Below, in pieces: positions 29,781 through 40,300 of a DNA stretch of 64,000 nucleotides. Source of the DNA: Candidatus Hydrogenedentota bacterium. GTDB taxonomy: Bacteria > Hydrogenedentota > Hydrogenedentia > Hydrogenedentales > SLHB01. Each line of letters opens with the position of its first letter. Position 1 is the stretch's first letter. The stretch spans positions 1,696,001 through 1,760,000 of the forward strand of contig CAXXYE010000009.1 of NCBI GenBank assembly GCA_963674865.2. The letters run 5' to 3'. The notes under the pieces are model-generated. The model searched no databases and was not told where the DNA came from. It saw only the letters and a program-made list of their open reading frames with translations. Position numbers and translations under genes: made by a program.

Positions 29781-31031
29781 ATGCTATTGCGTTTCATGAG
29801 CTTCGTCGGCCTGCTGGCCATGATTGTGCTCGCCTGGGCCTTATCGGAGAACCGGCGGCGCGTGGACTGGCGCCTCGTGGCGTGGGGCGTCGGCCTCCAA
29901 CTGATCTTCGGCGTACTGCTCCTCACGACGCCCTTGGAGGACGTGGTTTTCGCCGGGATGCGCGGGGCCGTCAACGTGCTCAATGACGCCGCGCACGAGG
30001 GGGCCTCCTTTGTCTTCGGATTCCTGGCGGACGAGCACATCATCAAGCAGGACGCCCTGATAGGCGCCGACGGGGACTTGGTGATGCAGGCCACCTTTGC
30101 CTTCCGGGTCCTGCCCGTGATCATCCTTGTCTCGGCGGTATCGGCCATCCTATACCACCTGCGGATCATCCAGGTGGTGGTTCACGGCATCGCGTGGGTG
30201 ATGCGGCGCACTTTGAAGACCTCCGGCGCGGAGACGTTTGTGGCCGCGCTGCTCATCTTCCTCGGCATGGAATCGGCCACGGCCGTGCGAGGCTACCTGA
30301 GGAATATGACGCGTTCGGAGCTGTGTACGCTCATGACGACTTTCATGGCCACCATTGCCGGAAGCGTCATGGTGGTTTACGCGGCACTGGGCGCGGAGGC
30401 CGGGCATCTGCTGACGGCTTCGCTCCTGAGCGCGCCGGCGGCTATCCTCATCTCGAAGCTCCTCGTGCCGGAGACAGGTGAGCCGGAAACGCGGGGCGAA
30501 GGCCGTATCCGGGCGTCCGTCGACACGCACAACGTGATCGACGCGGCCGCCAAGGGGACCTCCGAGGGCCTGCACATCGCGCTCAACGTAGGCGCCTTGG
30601 TGCTCGTGTTCATCGCCCTCATCTACCTGCTGAATCTTATCCTCGACGGGCTCATAGGCTTCACCTTCATCGATGTGATGGGATATATCTTCCGGCCTTT
30701 CGCGCTCCTCCTCGGCATCCCTTGGCGCGATGCGGGGGCCGTCGGTGAATTGCTCGGCACGAAGACCGTCATGAACGAGTTCGTGGCGTACCTCAGCCTG
30801 CAATCGCTGATCACCGCCGGCGAACTGAGCCGCCGCTCCATCATGATCGCCACCTACGCGCTGTGCGGCTTTGCCAATCCCGGCAGCCTAGGCATCGCCA
30901 TCGGCGTGTTGACGGGACTCGTGCCCGAGCGGCGCCGGGACATCGTCCAGTTGGGCGTCAAGTCATTCATCGGCGGCACGCTGGCCTGCTTCATGACGGC
31001 GTGTGTCGCGGGGATCCTGCTGTATGAGTGA
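29781..31031 (+). CDS. nupC: NupC/CNT concentrative nucleoside transporter
   Basis: LSENRR, FAFRVLP, MATIAGSV, NEFVAY, YALCGFAN. Confidence 0.93.
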   Translation: MLLRFMSFVGLLAMIVLAWALSENRRRVDWRLVAWGVGLQLIFGVLLLTTPLEDVVFAGMRGAVNVLNDAAHEGASFVFGFLADEHIIKQDALIGADGDLVMQATFAFRVLPVIILVSAVSAILYHLRIIQVVVHGIAWVMRRTLKTSGAETFVAALLIFLGMESATAVRGYLRNMTRSELCTLMTTFMATIAGSVMVVYAALGAEAGHLLTASLLSAPAAILISKLLVPETGEPETRGEGRIRASVDTHNVIDAAAKGTSEGLHIALNVGALVLVFIALIYLLNLILDGLIGFTFIDVMGYIFRPFALLLGIPWRDAGAVGELLGTKTVMNEFVAYLSLQSLITAGELSRRSIMIATYALCGFANPGSLGIAIGVLTGLVPERRRDIVQLGVKSFIGGTLACFMTACVAGILLYE

Positions 31032-31827
31032 GTCCTCCATTCCTCGCGCCATGACGATAGCCGGGAGCGACTCCGGCGGCGGGGCCGGCATCGAGGCCGA
31101 CCTGAAGACCTTCAGCGCCCTCGGCGTGTACGGTATGGCGGCCGTGACGTCCATCACGGCGCAGAACACCACCGGCGTGTTCGCCGTGCACGATGTGCCG
31201 CCCGAGGTCGTGGCCAAACAGATCGACGTGGTGGCCGAGGACATCGGCGTCGACGCGGCGAAGACGGGCATGCTGTCCAACGCGGGCATCATCGAGGCCG
31301 TCGCCGCGAGCGTGGCGCGCAACGGCATCGCCAAGCTGGTTCTCGACCCGGTAATGGTGGCTAAGAGCGGCGCCGCGTTGCTGCGGGAGGACGCGCGGGA
31401 CGCCCTGCGAGCCTTGCTCCTGCCGCGCGCGTACGTGGTTACGCCGAATGTGCCTGAGGCCGAAGTTCTGTCCGGCATCGAGATCGCCGGCGAGGCCGAC
31501 GTCCAAGAGGCGGCGAGGCGTATCCACGCCTGCGGCCCGCGATACGTGCTTATGAAAGGCGGCCACCTGGACGCGGAGGATGCGACGGACTACCTTTTCG
31601 ACGGCGAACGTTTCGAGGCGTTCTCCGCGCCGCGCATCGACACGCCCAATACGCACGGTACGGGCTGCACGTTCTCCGCCGCCATCGCCGCGGAACTGGC
31701 CAAAGGGGCGGACATCTGCGCGGCGGTTCGAGACGCCAAGGCGTATCTCACCGAGGCCATCCGGCACAGCCTCGATCTGGGCGGAGGCCACGGGCCCGTC
31801 GATCACGGTTGGGCCGGACGAACCTAG
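31024..31827 (+). CDS. thiD: hydroxymethylpyrimidine/phosphomethylpyrimidine kinase
   Basis: TIAGSDSGGGAGIEAD, TAQNT, DPVMVAKSG, THGTGCT. Confidence 0.96.
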   Translation: MSESSIPRAMTIAGSDSGGGAGIEADLKTFSALGVYGMAAVTSITAQNTTGVFAVHDVPPEVVAKQIDVVAEDIGVDAAKTGMLSNAGIIEAVAASVARNGIAKLVLDPVMVAKSGAALLREDARDALRALLLPRAYVVTPNVPEAEVLSGIEIAGEADVQEAARRIHACGPRYVLMKGGHLDAEDATDYLFDGERFEAFSAPRIDTPNTHGTGCTFSAAIAAELAKGADICAAVRDAKAYLTEAIRHSLDLGGGHGPVDHGWAGRT

Positions 31828-31970
31828 CTGGGGAGTGCTCCCTTTGAGATAGCGTGTGCCCTTGGCAACCCGGCCATCGGGCTTGAACAAGCGTATGGGG
31901 ATGCCTATGTTTGTTTCGGGAACCAGGCGTGCCAGACTTCATAGCCATTGACTAGGGGAGGGGAACGACC

Positions 31971-33134
31971 ATGAGCGCCTTCGTGTGTCCTTATTGCGGC
32001 GGCCAAGTCCAAGCAGTTCAGAGTCCCGAGGATCAAGTCATTGCCTGCCCCCATTGCGCCCAGCAGATGACGATCCCACGTGCGGAGGCTGCGCCCCCGA
32101 CGGCTGCTGTGCCGCCCGCCTCGACGCCACCCGTGCCGTCGGTGAGCAACGGACTGGCGACGGCGAGCCTGGTGTTGGGAGTCCTTTCTTTCTTGTGTTT
32201 CGGGCCGTTCTGCTCGATCCCGGCGATTATCACCGGCCACATGGGCCTGTCGCGTTCAAGACGCCTGCCGGAGGCTGCGGGGAAAGGAATGGCCATTGCG
32301 GGCCTGGTTGTGGGCTACGTGAGCCTTACTGCCTTCCTTGTCCTGGCCGTGATCCTCTCGGCATGCAGGTTGGTGGCCTCACGTGAAGCTGCCCGGCACG
32401 AATCCCGGGCGGCAATGAAAGCGGACGCCTTTCAGCGTGCTGCCATCGATAGCAGCCGGAAGTCGATGGAAACAGACGTTGCCCAGCGTGCCGCCTGCCA
32501 GAACAACCTGAAGGAGATAGGACTTGTCTTCAAGATATACGCAAACGACGATCCTGGGTCCTTCTATCCCGAACTCTCCCCAGAGGCGGGCCGCCTGATG
32601 TTTGCCAGTGAGGATGCAGTAGGGCAGGCATGCGTGTACCCAAAGTACCTCAATAACCTCTCCGTTCTTGTCTGCCTGAACGACACCAGCGCCCTCGCGG
32701 CGAATAGCGTGTCCGAGCCCGGTGCGATCATCGACGACCACAGCTACTGGTACTTGGGATACCGCGTGACGAGCGACGAGGAGATGGAGGCGTTCGCCGA
32801 GGCGTACCGGGAGCACATCGCGGCCGGAGGCCGCTTCAGCGAGGATCTCGACGTGCCCCCGGGCCGAGGAAACGACGGCGGCGACAAGCTCCTGCGACTC
32901 CGCGAGAAAGTGGGCCGGTTCCTGATCACCGACATCAATGATATTGCCGCGGCTCAACGCTTCGAAAGCATGCCCTCCACCATTCCGACGCTCATCGAGC
33001 GCCCCGAGAACCACCTGCCCGCCGGTGGAAACGTGCTCTACCTCGACGGACACGTCGAGTTCGTGAGATATCCGGGGAAGTGGCCCATGACGGAGAAGAC
33101 CATCGGCTTGTTGAGGGCCTTGGGAGGGCCGTGA
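31971..33134 (+). CDS. zinc-ribbon + DUF4190 + DUF1559 (H-X9-DG) membrane protein
   Basis: CPYC/CPHC; ASLVLG..GH..G.GMAIAGL; CQNNLKEIGL; NH....NVLYLDGHV. Confidence 0.85.
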   Translation: MSAFVCPYCGGQVQAVQSPEDQVIACPHCAQQMTIPRAEAAPPTAAVPPASTPPVPSVSNGLATASLVLGVLSFLCFGPFCSIPAIITGHMGLSRSRRLPEAAGKGMAIAGLVVGYVSLTAFLVLAVILSACRLVASREAARHESRAAMKADAFQRAAIDSSRKSMETDVAQRAACQNNLKEIGLVFKIYANDDPGSFYPELSPEAGRLMFASEDAVGQACVYPKYLNNLSVLVCLNDTSALAANSVSEPGAIIDDHSYWYLGYRVTSDEEMEAFAEAYREHIAAGGRFSEDLDVPPGRGNDGGDKLLRLREKVGRFLITDINDIAAAQRFESMPSTIPTLIERPENHLPAGGNVLYLDGHVEFVRYPGKWPMTEKTIGLLRALGGP

Positions 33135-33300
33135 CAGGATAGTCGGGACAGCTTTGGAGAGATGCGCGGCGGCGCCTTTGCTGGCACGAACCTAGTGTTC
33201 TGACTCATAACTGACGTTGCTCATCTGCAGATGAAAAGGCGCCAAGAAAAAGCGAAAAACGGGGACTGACACAAGCGGAGCGAAGCGAAGACGTGTCTGT

Positions 33301-33451
33301 GGAGCTGTTGAAAAAGTCGCATTCGCCCCAGAGGTTGAGCGAAACACTGGGACTGTCCCAAGCGGAGTCCGCCGCAGGTGGACGCAGACGGGACTGTCCC
33401 AGGTCCTTTCGCGGCCTGCGTCCGGCAACTCTGGACTTTTTCAACGGCCCC
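33301..33451 (+). mobile_element. 151-bp MITE inserted in a REP, carrying an internal REP pair
   Basis: TIRs GGAGCTGTTGAAAAAGTC / GACTTTTTCAACGGCCCC; TCTGT duplicated at 33296-33300 and 33452-33456. Confidence 0.8.
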
Positions 33452-33500
33452 TCTGTCCCTGCTTTTCGTGAAGCGTCTGTACTCAGAGGAGGGGAACACG

Positions 33501-33902
33501 ATCGCTACGCATCAGTGCCCTTACTGCGAACATCGGTTCGAGGCAGGCAGCGACTTTGAGGGATACCTCGTCGCGTGTCCACACTGCAACAAGCGAATTG
33601 TCGTCCACCCAACTCCGGATGACGCCGGCGAGAGCTCGCAGCCGGATAAGCGGGCCGCGCGAGCGGCTGTGCCGGCGGGCAATGAACTCGCTATCTTGAG
33701 TCTGTTGCTTGGTCTCGGCTCGTATATCTGCGTCGGCCCCCTCCTATCGGTTCCGGGGGCCATCGTAGGCTACATAGCTCTCGACAGATCGGTGAGAAGA
33801 CACGAGATTCCGGCAAGACTGATGGCGATGCTTGCCTTGGCCGTCAATATCGTGAATCTAGCGTTATCCGCGATCATCTTGCCGATGATGTGGTTCCCGT
33901 GA
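33501..33902 (+). CDS. zinc-ribbon + DUF4190-like membrane protein (ATC at the start position)
   Basis: CPYC/CPHC and NELAILSLLLG; paralogous to the N-terminus of 31971; RBS GAGGAGGGG precedes ATC. Confidence 0.7.
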   Translation: MATHQCPYCEHRFEAGSDFEGYLVACPHCNKRIVVHPTPDDAGESSQPDKRAARAAVPAGNELAILSLLLGLGSYICVGPLLSVPGAIVGYIALDRSVRRHEIPARLMAMLALAVNIVNLALSAIILPMMWFP

Positions 33903-33967
33903 ACGGGCCGCGCCGAACCTTGCCTTCGCCGCCGTGCGAGTGACCTCCCCGTCGGTTTGCCGCCTGT

Positions 33968-35482
33968 CTACTCCCCCTCCACGGCCCAGATATTGCGGAA
34001 TTGAACGGGATTGCCGTGATCCTGGAACAGGAGGCCCCCCGGCTCCGGCATTTCGCCGCTGAGGCCGCCGGGCGTGGCGTCGGGGAGTTCGAGGTCGTCG
34101 TGTATGGCCACGCCGTTGTGCAGCACGGTGATGCGCGCGTTCTCAGTCTTCTTCCCCGCGGCGTCATAGCGCGCCGCGCGGAACGTGATGTCGTACGTCT
34201 GCCACTGAAGCGGCGGCGCGCACATGTTCACGAGGGGCCGGGCGATCTTGTAGATGCCGCCGCACTCGTTGTCGAGCCCCTCGAGACCGTAGCTGTCGAG
34301 CACCTGGACCTCATACCGCGCCTGAACGTAGACGCCGCTGTTGCCTCGGCCCTGGCCGCGGGCGTCGGCCATGTACGGCGTGCGGAACTCGACGTGCAGC
34401 TTGTGATCCTGGAAAGGATGCCGCGAGACGACGGAGCCGCTCCCCGCGACCACTTCCATGGCGCCGCCTTCGACGAGCTGCCACTGGCATCCCGGATCCA
34501 GCGGGGGCTTGGACAGGTTCTTCCACTCGCCGCCGCCGCTTTCGGGAGGAAAGGCCACGTCGAAGAGGGCCTTGGCGTCCTTGCCCGCCTGGCTGTACGG
34601 CCCGGAGTACTGCCATTCGAGGAGATAGCCTTCGTAGGCCGGATCCGTCGCGTTTGCCACCGGCTCGACCTCGAGTCCGGCCACGGGCCCGCCCTCGGGC
34701 GATACCAGCCGCGCGCAGGTGCTCCATCCGCCGCCGTACTGCGTCACCTTCAAGAGAAGCTCATTCCGCCCCGCGCTGAGTTTCAGGTTCACCTTGTCGT
34801 CGCCCGGCTTACAGCCTCGGGACGCATTCTTTGCGAGGACGACTTCCCCGTTCAGCCAAACCTTTAGGCCGTCATTGCTGCCCAGTTCGAGCACGGCGTC
34901 CCGCGCTTCAGGCGCGTCTATCGCCGCGCTGAGGTACGCCACCGCGTTGTTCTCATTGCCCAGGAGCTTGCGGAGATTGATGATGTAAGGCACGTAGTGC
35001 GGATGCACCCATGCGTCCATATTGGCGCCGTCCAGAAGCACGATGGCGCCCTCGGGCGGCTTGGCGCCGAGCGTGGGGGAGAGGCGGACTTTCTTCGTCA
35101 GTGCAAATGTGCCCTTGGCCTCGCCCTGGCATCCGCCCGTCAACGAGTTGCCTTCGACGGTGCCGGCCCAGATCGTCCCCGCCATCGGGCCTTCCGCCAC
35201 GGCCCCCGCGAAAAGCGTCTTCCCGCGAAAGACCACGCCGTGCAGCACGGCCACCGGCGCGTCGGCCGTGTCGAATGCCTTGCGGAGGTTCGCCTGGTAC
35301 TTGCCGCCGCCCAGCGGAAAGACTTGGGCCACCAGGGGCGACTGCGCGCCCGCGTCGGAAGTCCAGGTTCCCTGCCAATCGCCCATAACGGCGTCGACGG
35401 TTTCCTGGGCGCCGCAGGCGCCCGCAAAGGCCAGCACGGCCAAGGCAACGAGACTCAAGAGAGGAAGGCGGCTGTTCATCAT
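33968..35482 (-). CDS. secreted DUF1080 (3-keto-disaccharide hydrolase-like) protein with an inserted beta-sandwich domain
   Basis: [43 protein letters not shown]. Confidence 0.88.
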   Translation of the reverse strand: MMNSRLPLLSLVALAVLAFAGACGAQETVDAVMGDWQGTWTSDAGAQSPLVAQVFPLGGGKYQANLRKAFDTADAPVAVLHGVVFRGKTLFAGAVAEGPMAGTIWAGTVEGNSLTGGCQGEAKGTFALTKKVRLSPTLGAKPPEGAIVLLDGANMDAWVHPHYVPYIINLRKLLGNENNAVAYLSAAIDAPEARDAVLELGSNDGLKVWLNGEVVLAKNASRGCKPGDDKVNLKLSAGRNELLLKVTQYGGGWSTCARLVSPEGGPVAGLEVEPVANATDPAYEGYLLEWQYSGPYSQAGKDAKALFDVAFPPESGGGEWKNLSKPPLDPGCQWQLVEGGAMEVVAGSGSVVSRHPFQDHKLHVEFRTPYMADARGQGRGNSGVYVQARYEVQVLDSYGLEGLDNECGGIYKIARPLVNMCAPPLQWQTYDITFRAARYDAAGKKTENARITVLHNGVAIHDDLELPDATPGGLSGEMPEPGGLLFQDHGNPVQFRNIWAVEGE

Positions 35483-35574
35483 GGCTGGACGTATCCTGTG
35501 TTTATTCTACGCGGGAATCACGTGGAGTACGCCTATTCTTGCGCAATGCGCTCGAATTTTCAAACGGGAAATCA

Positions 35575-35866
35575 GGGACTGTCCCAAGCGAGTCGGCCGT
35601 AGGCTGACGAGACGGGACTGTCCCTGATTTCCGTGACATCGCCGCCGCGCCCGAGAAAGTGGTGGCTCTCCCAAGTGAGTCTGCCGTAGGCTGACGAGAC
35701 GGGACTGTGGAGCTGTTGAAAAAGTCGCATTCGCCCCAGAGGTTGAGCGAAAGACCGGGACTGTCCCAAGCACAGTCCGCCGCAGGCTGACGTGACGGGA
35801 CTGTCCCAGGTCCTTTCGCGGCCCAAGCGAGTCTGCCGTAGGCTAACGTGACGGGACGGTTCCCCT
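35575..35866. repeat. REP array of GGGACTGTCCC units, with a truncated second copy of the 151-bp MITE at 35709-35824
   Basis: Repeated CCCAAGCGAGTC(T/G)GCCGTAGGCTGACGAGACGGGACTGT units; GGAGCTGTTGAAAAAGTCGCATTCGCCCCAGAGG identical to 33301 onward. Confidence 0.8.
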
Positions 35867-36011
35867 TCCCCGCGTGTAGGACTTGTCTGGCGGATAGTGG
35901 GACGCTAGAATCGGAGCGGCCAAAGGGCGGGGCGGCGATAATGCGCGGATGACGAGTAGCTCTCGTTTAGCTGCTGCCCGCCGCGGCGGACTGAATGAAG
36001 GAGAGAACAAG

Positions 36012-37352
36012 ATGGCCGGTATAGGGACTCGTCACAAGGGGCGTCAACCGGGAGCGGCCCGCATCGGGCGGCGCGGATTCTTCAAGCGCGCGGCTACCGC
36101 GGCGGGACTCGCGGCATTCCCCAATATCCTATCTTCAAGAGCGTTCGGGGCCGAAGGCGTCATGGCCCCGAGCGAGCGGCTTACCATCGGCTTCATCGGC
36201 ATGGGCAAGCAGATGAGCGGCCATCTGGGCTGGTTGCTGCGCTGTCCGGAGACTCAAGTGCTCGCCGTTTGCGATGTCGAGTCCATCCGGCTCGAACGCG
36301 CCAAGAAACGCGCCGACGACCACTACGCGGAGACATCCGGCAAGGGCTCCTACGCCGGCTGCGCGGCCTACAAGGATTGGCGCGAACTCATCGCGCGCGA
36401 TGATATTGACGCCGTGGTGATTGCCGTGCCCGACCACTGGCACGCCCTGCCGGTTATCGCCGCGGCCAAGTCCGGCAAGGACATCTACTGCGAGAAGCCG
36501 CTCTCACTCACCATTGGCGAAGGCAAGGCGATGGTGGATGCGGTGCGCCGCTATGGCCGCGTTTTCCAGACGGGCAGCCAGCAGCGCTCCGAGCGCGGCT
36601 TCCGCGTGGCGTGCGAGTTGGTGCGGAATGGGCGCATCGGCAAGGTGCACACGGTAAACGTCAACGTAGGCGGGCCGTCTCAGGAATGCTACCTGCCCGC
36701 CGAGCCCGTTCCGAAAGGGCTGGACTGGGATTTCTGGCTGGGGCCGGCGCCGTGGCGGCCTTACCACTCGATGATCGCGCCCGGCCTGGATTTCGGCGGC
36801 TGGCCTCAATGGCGCGCATTTCGCGATTATTCCGGCGGGAATATGACGGACTGGGGCGCCCACCATTTCGATATCGCCCAGTGGGGCCTTGGCATGGACG
36901 AAACCGGCCCCGTCGAGATCATCCCGCCCGACGGCAAAGAGCACGACCGGCTCACCTACAAGTACGCCAACGGCGTGGTGATGTACCGGGGCGGCGCGGC
37001 GGGCCGCGCCGGCGTGGAATTCGTCGGCACGGAAGGCCGGGTGATGGTTAACCGCGGCTACCTCGAAACCGACCCGCCCGAACTCGTCCATGAGCCGCTC
37101 GGCCCGAACGACATTCATCTGTACCAGAGCAAAGGCCATCATCAGGACTGGCTCGACGCCATTCGCGCGCGCCGGAAGCCCATATGCGACGTGGCCATCG
37201 GCTACCGCTCGGTGAGCGTGTGCCACCTGGGGAACATCGCCTACATTCTAGAGCGGCCGCTGCGGTGGGATCCGGATGGAGAGCGCTTCGTCAACGACGA
37301 AGAGGCGAACCGGATGCTGCTGCGGCCCATGCGCGGGCCGTGGCAGGTATAG
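36012..37352 (+). CDS. Tat-exported Gfo/Idh/MocA oxidoreductase
   Basis: RRGFFK Tat motif; PDHWH, YCEKP, QTGSQQRS, DWGAHH. Confidence 0.92.
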   Translation: MAGIGTRHKGRQPGAARIGRRGFFKRAATAAGLAAFPNILSSRAFGAEGVMAPSERLTIGFIGMGKQMSGHLGWLLRCPETQVLAVCDVESIRLERAKKRADDHYAETSGKGSYAGCAAYKDWRELIARDDIDAVVIAVPDHWHALPVIAAAKSGKDIYCEKPLSLTIGEGKAMVDAVRRYGRVFQTGSQQRSERGFRVACELVRNGRIGKVHTVNVNVGGPSQECYLPAEPVPKGLDWDFWLGPAPWRPYHSMIAPGLDFGGWPQWRAFRDYSGGNMTDWGAHHFDIAQWGLGMDETGPVEIIPPDGKEHDRLTYKYANGVVMYRGGAAGRAGVEFVGTEGRVMVNRGYLETDPPELVHEPLGPNDIHLYQSKGHHQDWLDAIRARRKPICDVAIGYRSVSVCHLGNIAYILERPLRWDPDGERFVNDEEANRMLLRPMRGPWQV

Positions 37353-37371
37353 AAAGGGAGAGGATAGCACG

Positions 37372-40300
37372 ATGATTACAGCCGTGTATCACGTCGAGGG
37401 CCGGCGTCCGTCCGCCCTGGAAGTCTGGCCTGAAAGTGCTGTTCCTGGTGGGATGCGGCCAGAAAGCACTTGTAAGTCCTTCTGTCTCAACGCCGAGAGC
37501 ACTCGTGCTCCGTTATCCGGTGGCTTTCTGGCCGCCCCCCTGGTGGCCGTTCTCGTTTCATTGGCTCTGGCGGCCGGTTGCCTCCTGTTCTCCGGCCCGT
37601 CCAGCGCCCAGGAAGCCGACGAAGTGCAGAAGATGGCGTCGGCCATGCCGAAGGCCCCGCGAGTCGCCCCGGCTGAGCCGCGGAAGCTGCTCGTCTTCAC
37701 CCTGTGCAAAGGATATGCCCACAGCTCGATTCCCTATGCCGCGAAGGCGCTCGAGATCATGGGCAAGCAAACGGGCGCGTTCACGGCCGTCGTCAGCGAC
37801 GATGTCGGGATGTTTGCCCCCGAGAAGCTCCGCGCCTTCGACGCCGTCTGCATGGATAACACCACCGGTGAGTTATTCGACGACCCGGCGCTGAAGCAAA
37901 GCCTCCTGGATTTCGTCAAGGGCGGGAAGGGCATCGTGGGCATCCACGCGGCCACCGATTGCTTCTACAACTGGGCCGAGTACGGCGAGATGATGGGCGG
38001 CTACTTCGACGGCCACCCCTGGGGCGCGGGCGATACCGTCGGCGTCAAGCTGGACGACCCGGCCCATCCCGTGAACGCCGCGTTCAAAGGACGCGGATTC
38101 CGCGTCAAAGACGAGATTTATCAGTTCAAGGCGCCTTATTCGCGCGATGAGCTGCGCGTGCTCCTCAGTATCGACGCCGCCAACTCGGATATGACGAAGA
38201 AAGGCATCAAGCGCACCGACGGCGATTTCGCCGTGGCCTGGGTGCGCTCGTACGGCGCGGGGCGCGTGTTCTACTGCTCACTCGGACACAACCACGAGAT
38301 TTTCTGGAATCCACCGATTCTTCAGCATTATCTCGACGGCATTCAGTTCGCTTTGGGCGACCTCGAGGCGGATATGGCGCCGAGCGCCGTGTTGCCGGAT
38401 ACCCACTTCGTTGAATCCAAGGCATCTCTCGAGCAGCAGATACTCGCTCAGGCCTTCCGTGACATCGCGCGCTGCCGATACGGCGAGGAACCTCAGGATT
38501 TCGCCATCATCGAGGAGCACGTCATCGCCTCCCGGGATGTGCCGGCGACGCGGCGCCAACTGGCCGCGCAACTCACGCGCGTTTTGGCGTCGGGCGCCTC
38601 CTCGGCGGGCAGGTTGTTCGCGGCAAAACAGCTCTGGCGCATCGGCGCCGCCGAAGACGTGCCGCCGCTTGCCAAGCTCCTTACGGACCCGGCGAAGGCC
38701 GAAACCGCGCGCTATGCCCTGGAGCGGATTCCCGGGCCCGAAGCCACGTCCGCCCTGCTCGCCGCCTTGCCCAACGTATACGGCAGCGTGCGCGCCGGCG
38801 TAGTCGATTCCCTCGGCGAACGGCGCGATTCCGCCGCGGTGCCGGCCCTGGAGTGGCTGGTGGGCAACGCCGACGCGGCCAGTGCTACGGCTGCACTCGC
38901 GGCGTTGGCCAAGATAGGCGGCGATGAAGCGCTGGCCATCCTATCGAAGGTTGCGATGGAAGGTCCTGCCCGACTTCGGCCCGCCGCGGCCGATGCATAC
39001 CTGCGCTGCGCGGATAGCCTTCTCGCCGAGGGCGCCACGGTGAAGGCCGCGGCCATCTATCGCGAGGTGTTCGATCAGCGTGGCCTGCCGGGTCTGCGCC
39101 CCGCGGCGTTCCGCGGATTAGTAATGGCGGCTGAGGACAAGGCTGATCTGGTTATCGGCGTCCTGCACGGGGACGATCCCGAGCTTCGCGTGGTGGCCGT
39201 GACGGTTGCCCGCGAGATCCCGTGTGAGTTTGCAACGGTTGCCTTCGCGCGTGAGTTGCCGGCGCTCGACACCGATGTGCAGGCGTTGATGCTGGGCGTG
39301 CTGGCCGATCGGCCGCGCGTGGGAGCCGCCATGGGTGCGGCCGTCCGCGCGGCGCGAGTCCGCGTCCCCCGTGTACGCTGCGCGGCCCTCGTCGCGCTAG
39401 GTTCCATCGGCGACGCCTCGACGGTGCCGCTACTGGCCGAAGCCGCCGCGACGGCCATGGAAGAGGAGGCGGACATCGCGCGCGCCAGTCTGGCCGTGCT
39501 CAAAGATGATCCGAAGTCTGGCCTGGGGACAATCGATGACGCCATTGCGGCGCGCCTTGGCGAAGCGCCCGTTGCGGAGCGCGTCGAGTTGGTGTCCGCC
39601 TTGGCCGCCCGGCTCGCAAACGCGGATTACCTCTGGGAGTGGATTCCCAAGGAGCAAGACGCCTCGGTGCGTGCGGCGGCCTATGATGCCCTGTTGGAAG
39701 TCGCCAGTGGGATGAAGGTGGAGACCCTGCCCAAGCTTGTCGCGTTCCTCATCCGCGAGAGTGATGACGCCGCCCGGGAGAAGGCCGAGGCGGCACTAAC
39801 CGCCCTGGCGCTCGAAATACCGGCGGAATCCGACGCGGCCGGCCCTTCTCCTGAGGGATTCGTCCAGGTCGAGGATGAAGACACGCGAAGCAAGGCCGTT
39901 CGCGATGGATGGCGTTCCGCGCGAGGGAATGCGCCTGCGCGGTGCGCTTTAGTGCGTGTCCTCGGCGAATTGGGCGGCTCGAAGGCATTGAAGACTGTCC
40001 GCACGGCATCCAAGAGTCGAAATGATGAGATCAAAGCCACGGCCGTCCACGTGCTCGCCCAGTGGGCGACCGCCGACGCCCTGCCCGATCTGGAGCGCAT
40101 TGCGAAAACCAGTAAGGACGAGGAGCTTCGGGCGCTTGCATTGCGCGGCTATCTGCGCGTGGCCGGCCTGCCGAATGAGCGTCCCGCCGCGGAGCAACTG
40201 AAGCTCTACGAGCGCGCGATCGCGCTGGCGCAGAGCACGGAGGAGAAGAAGCGCGTGGTAGCGGCCCTGGCAAGTGTCCCCGACCCGCGCGTTCTCGAAG

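Noticed and set aside
35575..35866. CRISPR array
   Set aside because: Units are palindromic REP pairs with near-identical interiors, not unique spacers
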